Assembly: GCA_017484205.1 (NCBI GenBank)
Contig: JAFUTO010000032.1
Span: 77,027 to 141,026, forward strand
Reading direction: 5' to 3'
DNA: 64,000 nucleotides
Source of the DNA: Bacilli bacterium
Lineage (GTDB): Bacteria; Bacillota_I; Bacilli_A; RF39; UBA660
The notes under the pieces were generated by a model. The model searched no databases. It had not been told where the DNA came from and was given only the letters and a program-made list of their open reading frames with translations. Each line of letters opens with the position of its first letter. Position 1 is the first letter of the stretch. Positions 19,052-28,106 of this stretch are shown piece after piece. The translations under genes and the position numbers were made by a program.

Positions 19052-19651
19052 CTATTTAGAAAAATACCACTCATTAATTAGATAATCATAACCAACATTA
19101 TGATAAAGTGTATTTAAATCATGCATATACCTTTGAATAGTTCGTTCATTCATATGCAGATCTTTCACAATGTCAGATGTTTTTCTAGTTTTATATTGTT
19201 TTGTATATTCATATAAAATATCTAATTTTTCTTTCTTGTTTTTATTGAATTTAATCGGTTTTTTCTCACTTTCTACTTCCATCTTATATTCATCCCAATT
19301 TACACCATAGCCATACGATAAATCACAATGCAAATCATCTTCTCCTATCGTTTCAATCTTAAACCATTTATTTTCAAAACAATCATTTCGATAAGATTTA
19401 TTATAAATAACTACCCTTACAAACTTGTTAAATATTTTTCGATACTTTTTATCCAATTCCATAGGTGATTTATTATCTTTATTATTAATTATTATCATAT
19501 AACCTTGATAAACTGATGCTTCATTAATTTTATTAACGTAATGTACTTTTTGACTTTCATAGTATTCTAGTGATAAAGAAGGAATTGGAACAAGATCTTT
19601 TTCTACTCCAGTAAAACCAACTATAACAACATTCTTTTTAGCTTTATTCAT
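19052..19651 (-). CDS. hypothetical protein with C-terminal HTH (island gene 1)
   Basis: C-terminal TRKTSDIVKDLHMNERTIQRYMHDLNTL resembles the HTH_11/DeoR-type helix-turn-helix (..S.RTI.R.i..L). The N-terminal 140 aa are unassigned. Confidence 0.45.
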   Translation of the reverse strand: MNKAKKNVVIVGFTGVEKDLVPIPSLSLEYYESQKVHYVNKINEASVYQGYMIIINNKDNKSPMELDKKYRKIFNKFVRVVIYNKSYRNDCFENKWFKIETIGEDDLHCDLSYGYGVNWDEYKMEVESEKKPIKFNKNKKEKLDILYEYTKQYKTRKTSDIVKDLHMNERTIQRYMHDLNTLYHNVGYDYLINEWYFSK

Positions 19652-19718
19652 AAATATACCTCTTTATAATTATACCATTTTATCTAATTTTATGATATAT
19701 TAACTATGAGGTGATACT

Positions 19719-20843
19719 ATGACTATTGGTATTATTGCAGAATACAACCCTTTTCATAATGGGCATTTATATATGATAAATAAAATTAAAGAAATGTATC
19801 CTAATTCCACTATAGTATGTGTGATGAGCGGAAACTTTACTGAACGTGGGGATGTTTCTATCATAAATAAATGGAAAAAAACCGAAATAGCTTTAAACTA
19901 TGGTGTTGATTTAGTTATCGAATTACCTTTTGTCTATGCATCTCAATCAAGTGATTACTTTGCTTATGGCGCAATTAAAATACTAGATAGCTTAAAAGTT
20001 GATAAATTAGTATTTGGATCTGAAACTAATAATATAGAGATATTTAATAAGTTAGTAGATATACAATTAAATAATAAAGAATATGATAAGTTAGTTAAAG
20101 AATATATGGACTCTGGATTAAACTATCCTACTTCGATGTCTAAGGCTTTAAAAGATATTATAGATATTAAAATAGAGAAGCCTAATGACTTATTAGGACT
20201 ATCTTATATTAAAGAAATTAAAAAACAACATAGTAATATTGAAACTATATCTATCAAAAGAGAAAATGATTATAATAGTTTAGATTTAGATAGTGACATA
20301 GTATCTGCATCTGCCATTAGGAATGGTTTATTAAATAATATTGATGTAAAAAAGTATGTACCTGAATTAACATATAAATATTTAGATAAGTTACATTTTA
20401 ATAATAATTATTTTAAATTACTAAAGTATAGGATATTAACTACTGATATAGCTATATATCAAGGGGTTGATGAAGGATTAAAATATAGAATACTTAAGTA
20501 TATAAATGAATCTAATACATTAGATGAATTAATTTCTAAAGTAAAAACTAAAAGATATACATATAATAAACTTAATAGAATGTTTATTCATATCTTATGT
20601 AGTTTTACAAAAGAAGAAGCATCACAAATAGATATTGAATATATTAGAGTATTAGGATTTAGTGATATTGGTAGAAAATATTTAAATAAAGTTAAGAAAG
20701 AATCTAACATACCTATTATTACAGGATATTCTAATATAGATAGTAAAGTATTAGATATAGAATATCGAGTTAATAGTATCTATGCTTTAGATGATGAAGA
20801 AGAATTAATCCAAAGAGAATTAAAAGGACCAATTAAGTTATAA
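19719..20843 (+). CDS. tmcAL: tRNA(Met) cytidine acetate ligase (YlbM/UPF0348 nucleotidyltransferase)
   Basis: MTIGIIAEYNPFHNGHLYMI...VMSGNFTERG...KWKKTEIAL..GVDLVIELP is the TmcAL/YlbM signature. Confidence 0.8.
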   Translation: MTIGIIAEYNPFHNGHLYMINKIKEMYPNSTIVCVMSGNFTERGDVSIINKWKKTEIALNYGVDLVIELPFVYASQSSDYFAYGAIKILDSLKVDKLVFGSETNNIEIFNKLVDIQLNNKEYDKLVKEYMDSGLNYPTSMSKALKDIIDIKIEKPNDLLGLSYIKEIKKQHSNIETISIKRENDYNSLDLDSDIVSASAIRNGLLNNIDVKKYVPELTYKYLDKLHFNNNYFKLLKYRILTTDIAIYQGVDEGLKYRILKYINESNTLDELISKVKTKRYTYNKLNRMFIHILCSFTKEEASQIDIEYIRVLGFSDIGRKYLNKVKKESNIPIITGYSNIDSKVLDIEYRVNSIYALDDEEELIQRELKGPIKL

Positions 20844-20878
20844 TTATTTATAAAATACATATAATAAATATATACAAA

Positions 20879-20997
20879 TTGACATATAATTTAAAATATT
20901 ATATAATCAATTTGTAAGAGCCCTCTTTGAGCCTTAGCTTGCGGAGGGTTTAGAATGTGAGTTCGCCGAGCTTGTGCTTGACGGACTCATATTTTTT
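20879..20997 (+). ncRNA. candidate small transcription unit 1 (consensus promoter + structured ~85-nt RNA + terminator)
   Basis: TTGACA (20879-20884), 17 nt, then TATAAT (20902-20907). A GC-enriched segment follows with CCCTC...GAGGG pairing, then hairpin GAGTTCG...CGGACTC followed by TTTTTT (to 20997). No SD or ORF. Confidence 0.3.
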
Positions 20998-21108
20998 AAA
21001 TATCTAATTATTATATTTTTTCCACCAACCTTTGGAGTTTTTAAATCCCATTCATCAGTTACATCTACATATTCTTTTATTTACTACATATAATAAATAT
21101 ATACGATA

Positions 21109-21192
21109 TTGACTTTTAACAAGTCTTATTGTATATTTTTTATTAAGAAGTGGTCTCACTCCGCTTGGAGAGGGTGTCACTTCTTATTTTTT
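21109..21192 (+). ncRNA. candidate small transcription unit 2
   Basis: TTGACT (21109-21114), 17 nt, then TATATT (21132-21137). Hairpin AAGAAGTG...CACTTCTT follows, plus a T run ending at 21192. The upstream block ACATATAATAAATATATAC is shared with unit 1. Confidence 0.3.
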
Positions 21193-21240
21193 AAATACAC
21201 CAAATAATTTGTTCCCATTTTTTTATATTACATAATAAAA

Positions 21241-21322
21241 TTGACATATTTTATGAAATATCGTATAATCTAATTACTGAGGAGACTTGGAACACTTTGG
21301 TCCATGTACTCCTCTTTTATTA
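21241..21322 (+). ncRNA. candidate small transcription unit 3
   Basis: TTGACA (21241-21246), 17 nt, then TATAAT (21264-21269). Hairpin GAGGAG...CTCCTC (21279-21314) follows, plus TTTTATTAT. It abuts the stop codon of the convergent ORF 21320..21850. Confidence 0.25.
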
Positions 21323-21850
21323 TCTTTTATAATATAAGACAACATTGTCATTCTTATCCAACAAAATAACTTGTTTTATTTTTATTCGTTTACCAGTTGC
21401 AAATATCCTATTAATTTCATGAACTATATATAATATATCTAAATTAGTTTTTCTTTGATGCAAAATTAAATTATAAGTTGGATATTCTGCTTTATGCATT
21501 ATATTATCAATGGTATTTTTACTACTTCCATCTATTCCCTTATAATCCCAAAGTTCATTTGTATCTTTTACCCAGAAATCAGGAGTTTTAACATTTTGAA
21601 TGTGTGTTTTTGGATTAAGAAAAAATTTAAAACCAGTTTTATTTTCCATTATTTTTTGATATTTTATTTCTTCTGATATAATGTCTCTAGGGTCATAATA
21701 AGCATCCAAATATACATTCTTATCTTTGTCCATCGCATAAATCAATCTTCGTTCTATAGAATCACTAGACTTTGAATGTTTTCTAATATCATCAGTTAAG
21801 TCAATATACTTACTAACTAAATTAATCATATATTCCCATACTACATTCAC
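21320..21850 (-). CDS. hypothetical protein, possible stand-alone PD-(D/E)xK (toxin-type REase fold) domain
   Basis: VKTPDFWVKDTNELWDYKGIDGSSKNTIDNIMHKA has a PD...(D/E)xK spacing reminiscent of CdiA-CT/Tox-REase type nuclease domains. No neighbour on the same strand. Confidence 0.3.
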   Translation of the reverse strand: MNVVWEYMINLVSKYIDLTDDIRKHSKSSDSIERRLIYAMDKDKNVYLDAYYDPRDIISEEIKYQKIMENKTGFKFFLNPKTHIQNVKTPDFWVKDTNELWDYKGIDGSSKNTIDNIMHKAEYPTYNLILHQRKTNLDILYIVHEINRIFATGKRIKIKQVILLDKNDNVVLYYKR

Positions 21851-21931
21851 CTCCTATAAAACAAAAGAAGTAGTCATCTATACTACTTCATCTATAATCA
21901 TTATATAATAATATAAATATTTTGTCGAATA

Positions 21932-22738
21932 TTATTTTTGACATTTCTTACAATAATAAGTACCCCTACCATTTATGTGTTCTTTTTCTAAAATACTTCC
22001 ACAATTAGGGCATATATCTTTACCATGAACTAATAATTCATTTTGAAATAACCCATGTACACCTTCACTTGATTCATAACTTCTAATAGTAGTACCACCT
22101 AATTTAATAGCTTTTTCTAATACTATTTTTGTATTATTAATTATATTATTTAAATCTGAATCTCTTAAATCACATGCTTTTTTATATGGATTTATTTTAG
22201 ATAAAAACAATACTTCATCATCATAGATATTTCCTATTCCAGTAATAATAGATTGATCTAATAATACTGTTTTTATAGGTAATTTTTTATTTTTATATTT
22301 ATTTTTTAAATAATCAATTGTTAAATTACTATCCCATGGTTCTAATCCTAGTTCATTTAATGGTTTTAAATTAAATACATCCTTTATAGGGAGTAAATAC
22401 ATTCTTCCAAACTTTCTTGTATCAATATATCTTAATTCCTTATCATTTAAGATAAATCTAACATGTTCATGTTTTAATTTTTCACCATTTTTGATATAGT
22501 ATCTACCTTCCATTCTTAAATGACTTAAAAGATAATAATCATCTAATTTAAACATTAAGAATTTACCACGTCTTTCTATATCATTAATAGTTTGACCTTT
22601 AATATTTTTTTTAAATTCCAAAACACTTGGATAGGCGATTATATTATCATAATAAACTATAACATCATTAATAGTTCTTTTTAATACTTCTTTTTTTAAT
22701 GTTTCTTTTACTGTTTCCACTTCTGGTAATTCCGGCAT
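21932..22738 (-). CDS. mutM: formamidopyrimidine-DNA glycosylase
   Basis: MPELPEVETV N-terminus (start moved to 22738), H2TH region, and C-terminal zinc finger CPNCGS...YYCKKCQ. Confidence 0.9.
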   Translation of the reverse strand: MPELPEVETVKETLKKEVLKRTINDVIVYYDNIIAYPSVLEFKKNIKGQTINDIERRGKFLMFKLDDYYLLSHLRMEGRYYIKNGEKLKHEHVRFILNDKELRYIDTRKFGRMYLLPIKDVFNLKPLNELGLEPWDSNLTIDYLKNKYKNKKLPIKTVLLDQSIITGIGNIYDDEVLFLSKINPYKKACDLRDSDLNNIINNTKIVLEKAIKLGGTTIRSYESSEGVHGLFQNELLVHGKDICPNCGSILEKEHINGRGTYYCKKCQK

Positions 22739-23487
22739 TATTTCACCTCTATTCCAATTGGACAATGGTCACTACCTAGTATTTCTGTGTATATCATTGT
22801 ATTAGTTATATTATCAATGTATCTTTTTGAACATATAAAATAATCAATTCTCCATCCAATGTTTTTTTGTCTACTATTAGCCATATAACTCCACCAACTA
22901 TATGTAGCTTCATTAGGATGATAATATCTATATGTATCAATATATCCATTATTTAAAAGTTCAGTCATCTTATCTCTTTCTTCATAAGTAAAACCTGCAT
23001 TACCTATATTAGATTTAACATTTTTAATATCTATCTCATTATGCGCGACATTAAAGTCTCCACATACAATAACTGGTTTTGTCTTATCCAAATTATTTAA
23101 GTAATCAACAAATAGATTTTGAAATCTCATACGTGATTCCATTCTACTTAAATCTCTTTTAACATTTGGTACATATACATTTACTAAATAAAAATTATCA
23201 TATTCTAATGTAATAGTTCTACCTTCACCATCATACTCTAAATCATCTATTCCATATTTAATACTTAGAGGCTCTATTTTAGAATATACCATTGTACCTG
23301 AGTAACCTTTCTTTTCTGCTGGATACAAATAATATTGATATCCTTCTGGTTTAAAAGTTAACTCACTATCTACTAATTTAGTTTCTTGTAAACATACTAT
23401 ATCTGCATTTACATCATTAAAGAATTCTTCAAAGCCTTTCTTTTGACAGGCTCTAAATCCTGCAACATTCCACGATACTAACTTCAT
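22738..23487 (-). CDS. xth: exodeoxyribonuclease III
   Basis: MKLVSWNVAGFRA...CLQETK...GDFNVAH..IDIKN...WWSY......GWRIDYF...GSDHCPI is the ExoIII/AP endonuclease family; start moved to MKLVSWN. Confidence 0.9.
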   Translation of the reverse strand: MKLVSWNVAGFRACQKKGFEEFFNDVNADIVCLQETKLVDSELTFKPEGYQYYLYPAEKKGYSGTMVYSKIEPLSIKYGIDDLEYDGEGRTITLEYDNFYLVNVYVPNVKRDLSRMESRMRFQNLFVDYLNNLDKTKPVIVCGDFNVAHNEIDIKNVKSNIGNAGFTYEERDKMTELLNNGYIDTYRYYHPNEATYSWWSYMANSRQKNIGWRIDYFICSKRYIDNITNTMIYTEILGSDHCPIGIEVK

Positions 23488-23547
23488 AAAATCACCAATA
23501 TTATTATAACAAAAAAGCATAGTTCAAATCTATACTTTTAAATATTA

Positions 23548-24246
23548 TTAATGTTTAACTAATGTCTTTTGAGTACTAATACTACTTATTATGTATTCTT
23601 CTAATGGTAATGGCATATTCATGTGATAATGTCTTATATATTCATTTCTTATTAGCTTAATAAAATCATCTTCATTTTTATAATAGCATTCTTTAATATA
23701 GTCACTAACTCTATCAGAAATTTTGAAACCTTTATTTTTTAAACTTAAAATTTTAATAACACTAAGAATAGGATTATAATTAAGTTCTTTTGCCTTTTCA
23801 TCACCAATGAAATCAATTTCATTTTTTTCTATGCAATCACAATAATTATTAATATCAAGTTTTCCTTCTTTAACATCATATACTAATGAGTCATAATTGA
23901 TTAATGTTGTTTTAGATATATTATCAAAACAAATATCATAAACACCTTCTTTAAATAAGAAATGATTTTTTAAAAGCCAAACATCACAAACAGCATCATC
24001 AAAATATAGTTTGTATCCTCCAAAAAAATTTTTGCCATATAAAACATTTTGTTCTTTTATGAATTCTTCTAATTTAGAAGTGTTTTCTTCATCAATAATA
24101 ATATCAAAGTCTCTTGGGCAGGCATCTGAAAGGATATCTCTTATAGCACCACCAATTATGATACAATGAAAAATAGATAAAAACTTTTTTAATTTATCAT
24201 TTGTCTTATTGAAAAGAACATCACTAATCATAGTCTCTTGATACAT
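23548..24246 (-). CDS. short nucleotidyltransferase (CCA-adding/poly(A) polymerase head-domain-like)
   Basis: IIGGAIRDILSDACPRDFDIIID matches the GG.vRD......D.D motif of Pol-beta superfamily class II NTases. At 232 aa it is too short for a full CCA enzyme. Confidence 0.5.
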   Translation of the reverse strand: MYQETMISDVLFNKTNDKLKKFLSIFHCIIIGGAIRDILSDACPRDFDIIIDEENTSKLEEFIKEQNVLYGKNFFGGYKLYFDDAVCDVWLLKNHFLFKEGVYDICFDNISKTTLINYDSLVYDVKEGKLDINNYCDCIEKNEIDFIGDEKAKELNYNPILSVIKILSLKNKGFKISDRVSDYIKECYYKNEDDFIKLIRNEYIRHYHMNMPLPLEEYIISSISTQKTLVKH

Positions 24247-24285
24247 ACCTAAACTTCCTTTGAGACATATTATAGCACATCATAA

Positions 24286-24316
24286 TACAAAAATAAAAGG
24301 CATATAATTATGCCCT
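24286..24316 (-). terminator. intrinsic terminator at the native serS 3-prime end
   Basis: Minus strand GGCATA-atta-TATGCC followed by TTTTATTTTT; the stop codon lies in the hairpin. Confidence 0.5.
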
Positions 24317-24445
24317 TGGAGTAATCTTTTCAATTCCACCCATATATGGTTGCAATACCTTAGGTACATTAACTGAACCATCTTCATTATAGTTATTTTC
24401 AATTAAAGCAATTAATCCTCTTGGAGTAGCTACTACAGTATTTCT
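24308..24445 (-). pseudogene. serS: displaced 3-prime fragment of seryl-tRNA synthetase (last ~45 codons)
   Basis: [37 protein letters not shown] matches the SerRS C-terminus (..A.gRtliAilENyQ.eDGSv.iPevLrPYMGG.e.I). No upstream serS sequence follows; the frame runs into the recombinase gene instead. Confidence 0.7.
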
Positions 24446-26246
24446 CGGTGTTGCAATTTGCACCAAAGGAGTCGGATTTGATACTATCATTCTGATCAAC
24501 TTCTTTCTTATTCACTTGTATAATTTTTTCCTCTTCAGAGGAAGCTGAAGATTGTTGCTTTTTTATTTCTTCAGCATATTTGTCTATAACGGTTTGTTTG
24601 CTATATGATTTACGGGGTAATGCTTGTTTTACTTCTTTGCCATTTCTAAATATGAATTTGATTACATTTGGATTTAACACATCATTTTCATCTTTTTCTC
24701 CGATTATAATTTTGTCTGTGATGCTATTAAACACTACTGAATCAAATCCTGATAAAATATTTTTCTTTTTGAATATGGATTTAAAATCCACAATTCTTTT
24801 TTTAATATCATTTTCATCTTTCATGACAGTTTTGTACTCATCCAATTTTTCTTCAAGTAAAAGAATTTTATTTTTTAATTCTTCACTTTTTTGCACATAT
24901 ATATTTGAGTCTATTATTCCATCTAACTTCATATCTACAAGGTTAGATTCTCTATCTTTGAGAGTGATAATTTGTTCTCTAATATTTGACATTTCCTTAT
25001 CATAGTTGTTTCCTGATAGTATCTCTTCCATTGTATCTAATAATTGATTAATAATTATTGTATGATTCTCACATACACTATTGTATGCTTGAACAAATGC
25101 AGATTCAATTATTGACTCTTTGACATTTCCAATATTTTGACAATAATCATCATTTCTTCTTTGAAATGTTCTACACGCCCAAGCAACTCTTCTAGGTTGA
25201 CCTTCTTTGTGTGGCGACCAAGATCTTCTAATAAACTTTTGACCACAACATCCACAATCTATCTTACTACTAAATGGATACATGTGGCTTTCTTTATTAA
25301 GTTTATTTTTTTCTTTATACTCTCCTGTTCGCTTATCTAACAAAGCATTTGCTTGATCCCAAATTTCTCTTTCTATAATAGGAACATGATGATTCTTTGT
25401 ATAATATTTATCTTTTTCACCATGATTTATTATTTTCTTTTTTGAAATAGGATCACTTGTATAAGTTTTACCAGTTAATAAGTCACCACAATATTTTTCA
25501 TTTCTTATCATTCTTGCAACGACTGTACTTGACCACATCTTGTTAGTTGGACTAGGAATTTTTTTATTATTTAAAGTTCTTGCAATTCTGGCTGTTCCTA
25601 GACCATCTTCAATATATAATCTATATACTTCTCTAACTACTTCAGCTTCTTCTTCACAAATAACTAACTCTTCTTTATCTTGATCATATCTATAACCATA
25701 AGGAGCATAGTGTCCTACTAATTCTCCCCTTTTCATTTTCATTCTTGCTCCAAGTGCTACACTTGAGGATATTGTTGCACTACCTTGTTGAGCAAGTGCT
25801 GATAAGACAGTAAGTAATATTTCACCTTGCATTTCCATAGTGTTTATATTTTCTTCTTCAAAATATACTGCAACACCATGTTCTTTTAATAAACGAATAT
25901 ATTTTAAAATATCTACTGTATTTCTACCGAATCTTGAAATTGATTTAACAAGTATCATATCAATTTTACCTGCTAAAGCATCATCTATCATTCTTTTAAA
26001 ATTTACTCTTTTAAAAACTTGTGTTCCTGAAATAGCTTCATCTGCATAAATATCAACAAATTCCCAATCTTCATTTTGTCTTATCTTTTGCTTATAGTAT
26101 TTTATTTGTGATTCGTAACTGGTCTTTTGTTCTTCAGTACCTGTACTTACACGACAATATGCACACACTCTCAATAATTTTTTTATTAGACCTTTTATGC
26201 CATGTGCTTTTTTTGGATTAGCTGCTATAACTTTAACATTACCCAA
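24399..26246 (-). CDS. large serine recombinase (integrase of the ICE)
   Basis: Catalytic [11 protein letters not shown]...[20 protein letters not shown], the recombinase domain, zinc ribbon (CGCCGQKF...WACR) and a long coiled coil. TTG start after GGAG. The last ~20 codons run across the att junction into serS sequence, so the exact C-terminus is junction-derived. Confidence 0.9.
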   Translation of the reverse strand: MGNVKVIAANPKKAHGIKGLIKKLLRVCAYCRVSTGTEEQKTSYESQIKYYKQKIRQNEDWEFVDIYADEAISGTQVFKRVNFKRMIDDALAGKIDMILVKSISRFGRNTVDILKYIRLLKEHGVAVYFEEENINTMEMQGEILLTVLSALAQQGSATISSSVALGARMKMKRGELVGHYAPYGYRYDQDKEELVICEEEAEVVREVYRLYIEDGLGTARIARTLNNKKIPSPTNKMWSSTVVARMIRNEKYCGDLLTGKTYTSDPISKKKIINHGEKDKYYTKNHHVPIIEREIWDQANALLDKRTGEYKEKNKLNKESHMYPFSSKIDCGCCGQKFIRRSWSPHKEGQPRRVAWACRTFQRRNDDYCQNIGNVKESIIESAFVQAYNSVCENHTIIINQLLDTMEEILSGNNYDKEMSNIREQIITLKDRESNLVDMKLDGIIDSNIYVQKSEELKNKILLLEEKLDEYKTVMKDENDIKKRIVDFKSIFKKKNILSGFDSVVFNSITDKIIIGEKDENDVLNPNVIKFIFRNGKEVKQALPRKSYSKQTVIDKYAEEIKKQQSSASSEEEKIIQVNKKEVDQNDSIKSDSFGANCNTEKYCSSYSKRINCFN

Positions 26247-26329
26247 TAAAATCTCCTTTCCTCAATCAAAGTTTATAGCAAAACTTCCTATTCAATTATA
26301 ACACACATTTGGGCAGTTTTAGAATCAAA

Positions 26330-26563
26330 TTAAACGATTTTGTGTTCTAATTTGATTTTTGCCTTAATTAATGAATATTCTCGTTCTGTTATTTTATTTA
26401 ATTTTAACAACTCATTTAATAATGCCAACTTCATACTATACGCCAATAAATTATCACAACTCTTTTTGTTAGTATTTTTCTTATCTATAAATATCTCTCC
26501 TTTTTGGTACGACAAAAAAAAGGATACAATTTTGTATCCAACAGTTAATCCAAAAAGAATCAA
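26330..26563 (-). CDS. hypothetical small protein
   Basis: ORF track; N-terminal hydrophobic segment plus a C-terminal LNKITEREYSLIKAKI segment (SHOCT-like?). A mirror ORF on the plus strand is equally long, so coding status is uncertain. Confidence 0.3.
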   Translation of the reverse strand: MILFGLTVGYKIVSFFLSYQKGEIFIDKKNTNKKSCDNLLAYSMKLALLNELLKLNKITEREYSLIKAKIKLEHKIV

Positions 26564-26576
26564 TCATAGCTAAAGG

Positions 26577-27290
26577 TTATTGTTCATTATTAACTTGAAT
26601 GTATGCCTTTTTAAAGTTTCTCATTTCATTTCCAACATCATAACCAGTCATAAACTTATTGAATTTAGGAAAATCAGTTTTTTCCATAAATAAAGTTCTA
26701 TTATCTAATTTAACAATTAGTTCTGTTAAAACATCAACTTGTTCTGTAAATTCTAGTTTTTTAAAATCAGCAATTATTTTTCTACTTGTATCGTTACAGA
26801 TATTTTCATCATTTTGCGTTAATACTAATTTCCCTGCTTTTTTAATTCTATCATTATTTAACATTACGAATAAAAAGTCAGATATTTCAGTTCCTAATGA
26901 GTCATCAAATCCCATAACAGAAGGTTTAAAAACTACACCTTTACCATTACTTATTGATTTGTTGCTCCATTTTTTAAATAAATCTATACATACTTCAAGT
27001 CTATCAGAATATTTAACATTTTCTATTCTTTTAATATATTCAATAGTTTTATCTGAAGCATCTTGAATAAATCTAAAATTTTCACCTTTCATTAGAATAA
27101 TATCTCTCAAAAATATATCATCAGGTTTCTTTCCAAATAGTGTAGCTATTTCAACAGCTCTTTCGTATGAAAGAATTGTCTTACCTACTTCTATTTGTCT
27201 ATAACCACTTTTACTTAAATCAAACATTGAACCAATATCAGTACAAGTGTATCCTTGTTCTTCTCTTTCCCTTCGTAAATCTTCTAGCAT
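26577..27290 (-). CDS. XRE-family HTH protein with ~170-aa C-terminal domain of unknown function
   Basis: GYTCTDIGSMFDLSKSGYRQIEVGKTILSYERAVEIATLFGKKPDDIF is an XRE/Cro-type HTH. Confidence 0.65.
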   Translation of the reverse strand: MLEDLRREREEQGYTCTDIGSMFDLSKSGYRQIEVGKTILSYERAVEIATLFGKKPDDIFLRDIILMKGENFRFIQDASDKTIEYIKRIENVKYSDRLEVCIDLFKKWSNKSISNGKGVVFKPSVMGFDDSLGTEISDFLFVMLNNDRIKKAGKLVLTQNDENICNDTSRKIIADFKKLEFTEQVDVLTELIVKLDNRTLFMEKTDFPKFNKFMTGYDVGNEMRNFKKAYIQVNNEQ

Positions 27291-27369
27291 ATAATCATCT
27301 CACTTTCTATAAAAGTAATTTTAACTAATTATATTATATCAAATTTTCATTAAAAAATCATTGTTTTTC

Positions 27370-28104
27370 CTAGTATTTTTCAAGAATTCCATGAATAAAA
27401 TATCTATCATTTTTTCTCCAATTTCCTTCTCTGGAACATGAATATAAAGTAATAATTTTATCCTTAGTGGAATCTACTTCAATATTTGTATTATAATTAC
27501 TTTTTGATATTACCAAATCTAAATAGTTTCTATAATCTTCTAAAGAACTATATTTTTGATTATAAGATTCTGAATCTGTGTCTGCAACATAGGCACTAAA
27601 TATATTGACATTATAATTTCCATTAGGAGTATATAATTTAAATGAGGGATGTTCTTTATAAAAATTATAATCCATGTATTTATATACTTCTCCAAACATA
27701 GAGCCATCCTTAGTGTGATGACCATATATAAAGGTATTATAATCTGTAAAATCTCTTGTTGAATTGAAATCCATAAAAATACTCCCAAAGCCACTCCATT
27801 TTTTATCAAACGAATGGTTTAAATAAAAAGAATTATTCTTTCCTTGTACAATTGGATAATTAATTTGTGTTCCTTCAATTACTATCCATCCAACAATATC
27901 TGGATTGATTTTTTCCAATTCAGAAAAATCAACTGTGAATTCTGGTTCATTGGATGGAATGTCAGGAATATCTATTAATTCAATTAATTCCTCTTTTATA
28001 TCTGCTGCATCTTTTTCTTCTTTGAAAATTTTGTATACATTAAATGCACAATATATCAAAGAAGATATTAATACTAATAATAAAAGTATTTTTATCTTTT
28101 TCAT
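27370..28104 (-). CDS. srtB: class B sortase
   Basis: N-terminal TM; IVGWIVIEGTQINYPIVQG, FIYGHH (catalytic His), TLYSCS (TLxTC Cys motif) and a downstream Arg (NDRYF); SrtB-like length. Confidence 0.8.
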   Translation of the reverse strand: MKKIKILLLLVLISSLIYCAFNVYKIFKEEKDAADIKEELIELIDIPDIPSNEPEFTVDFSELEKINPDIVGWIVIEGTQINYPIVQGKNNSFYLNHSFDKKWSGFGSIFMDFNSTRDFTDYNTFIYGHHTKDGSMFGEVYKYMDYNFYKEHPSFKLYTPNGNYNVNIFSAYVADTDSESYNQKYSSLEDYRNYLDLVISKSNYNTNIEVDSTKDKIITLYSCSREGNWRKNDRYFIHGILEKY

Positions 28105-28106
28105 TT

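Noticed and set aside
24308-24499. Track [22 protein letters not shown]... as an independent 63-aa gene.
   Set aside because: Its C-terminal two thirds are the SerRS C-terminus. The N-terminal part is junction and recombinase-gene sequence read in another frame. It is treated as a displaced serS fragment.
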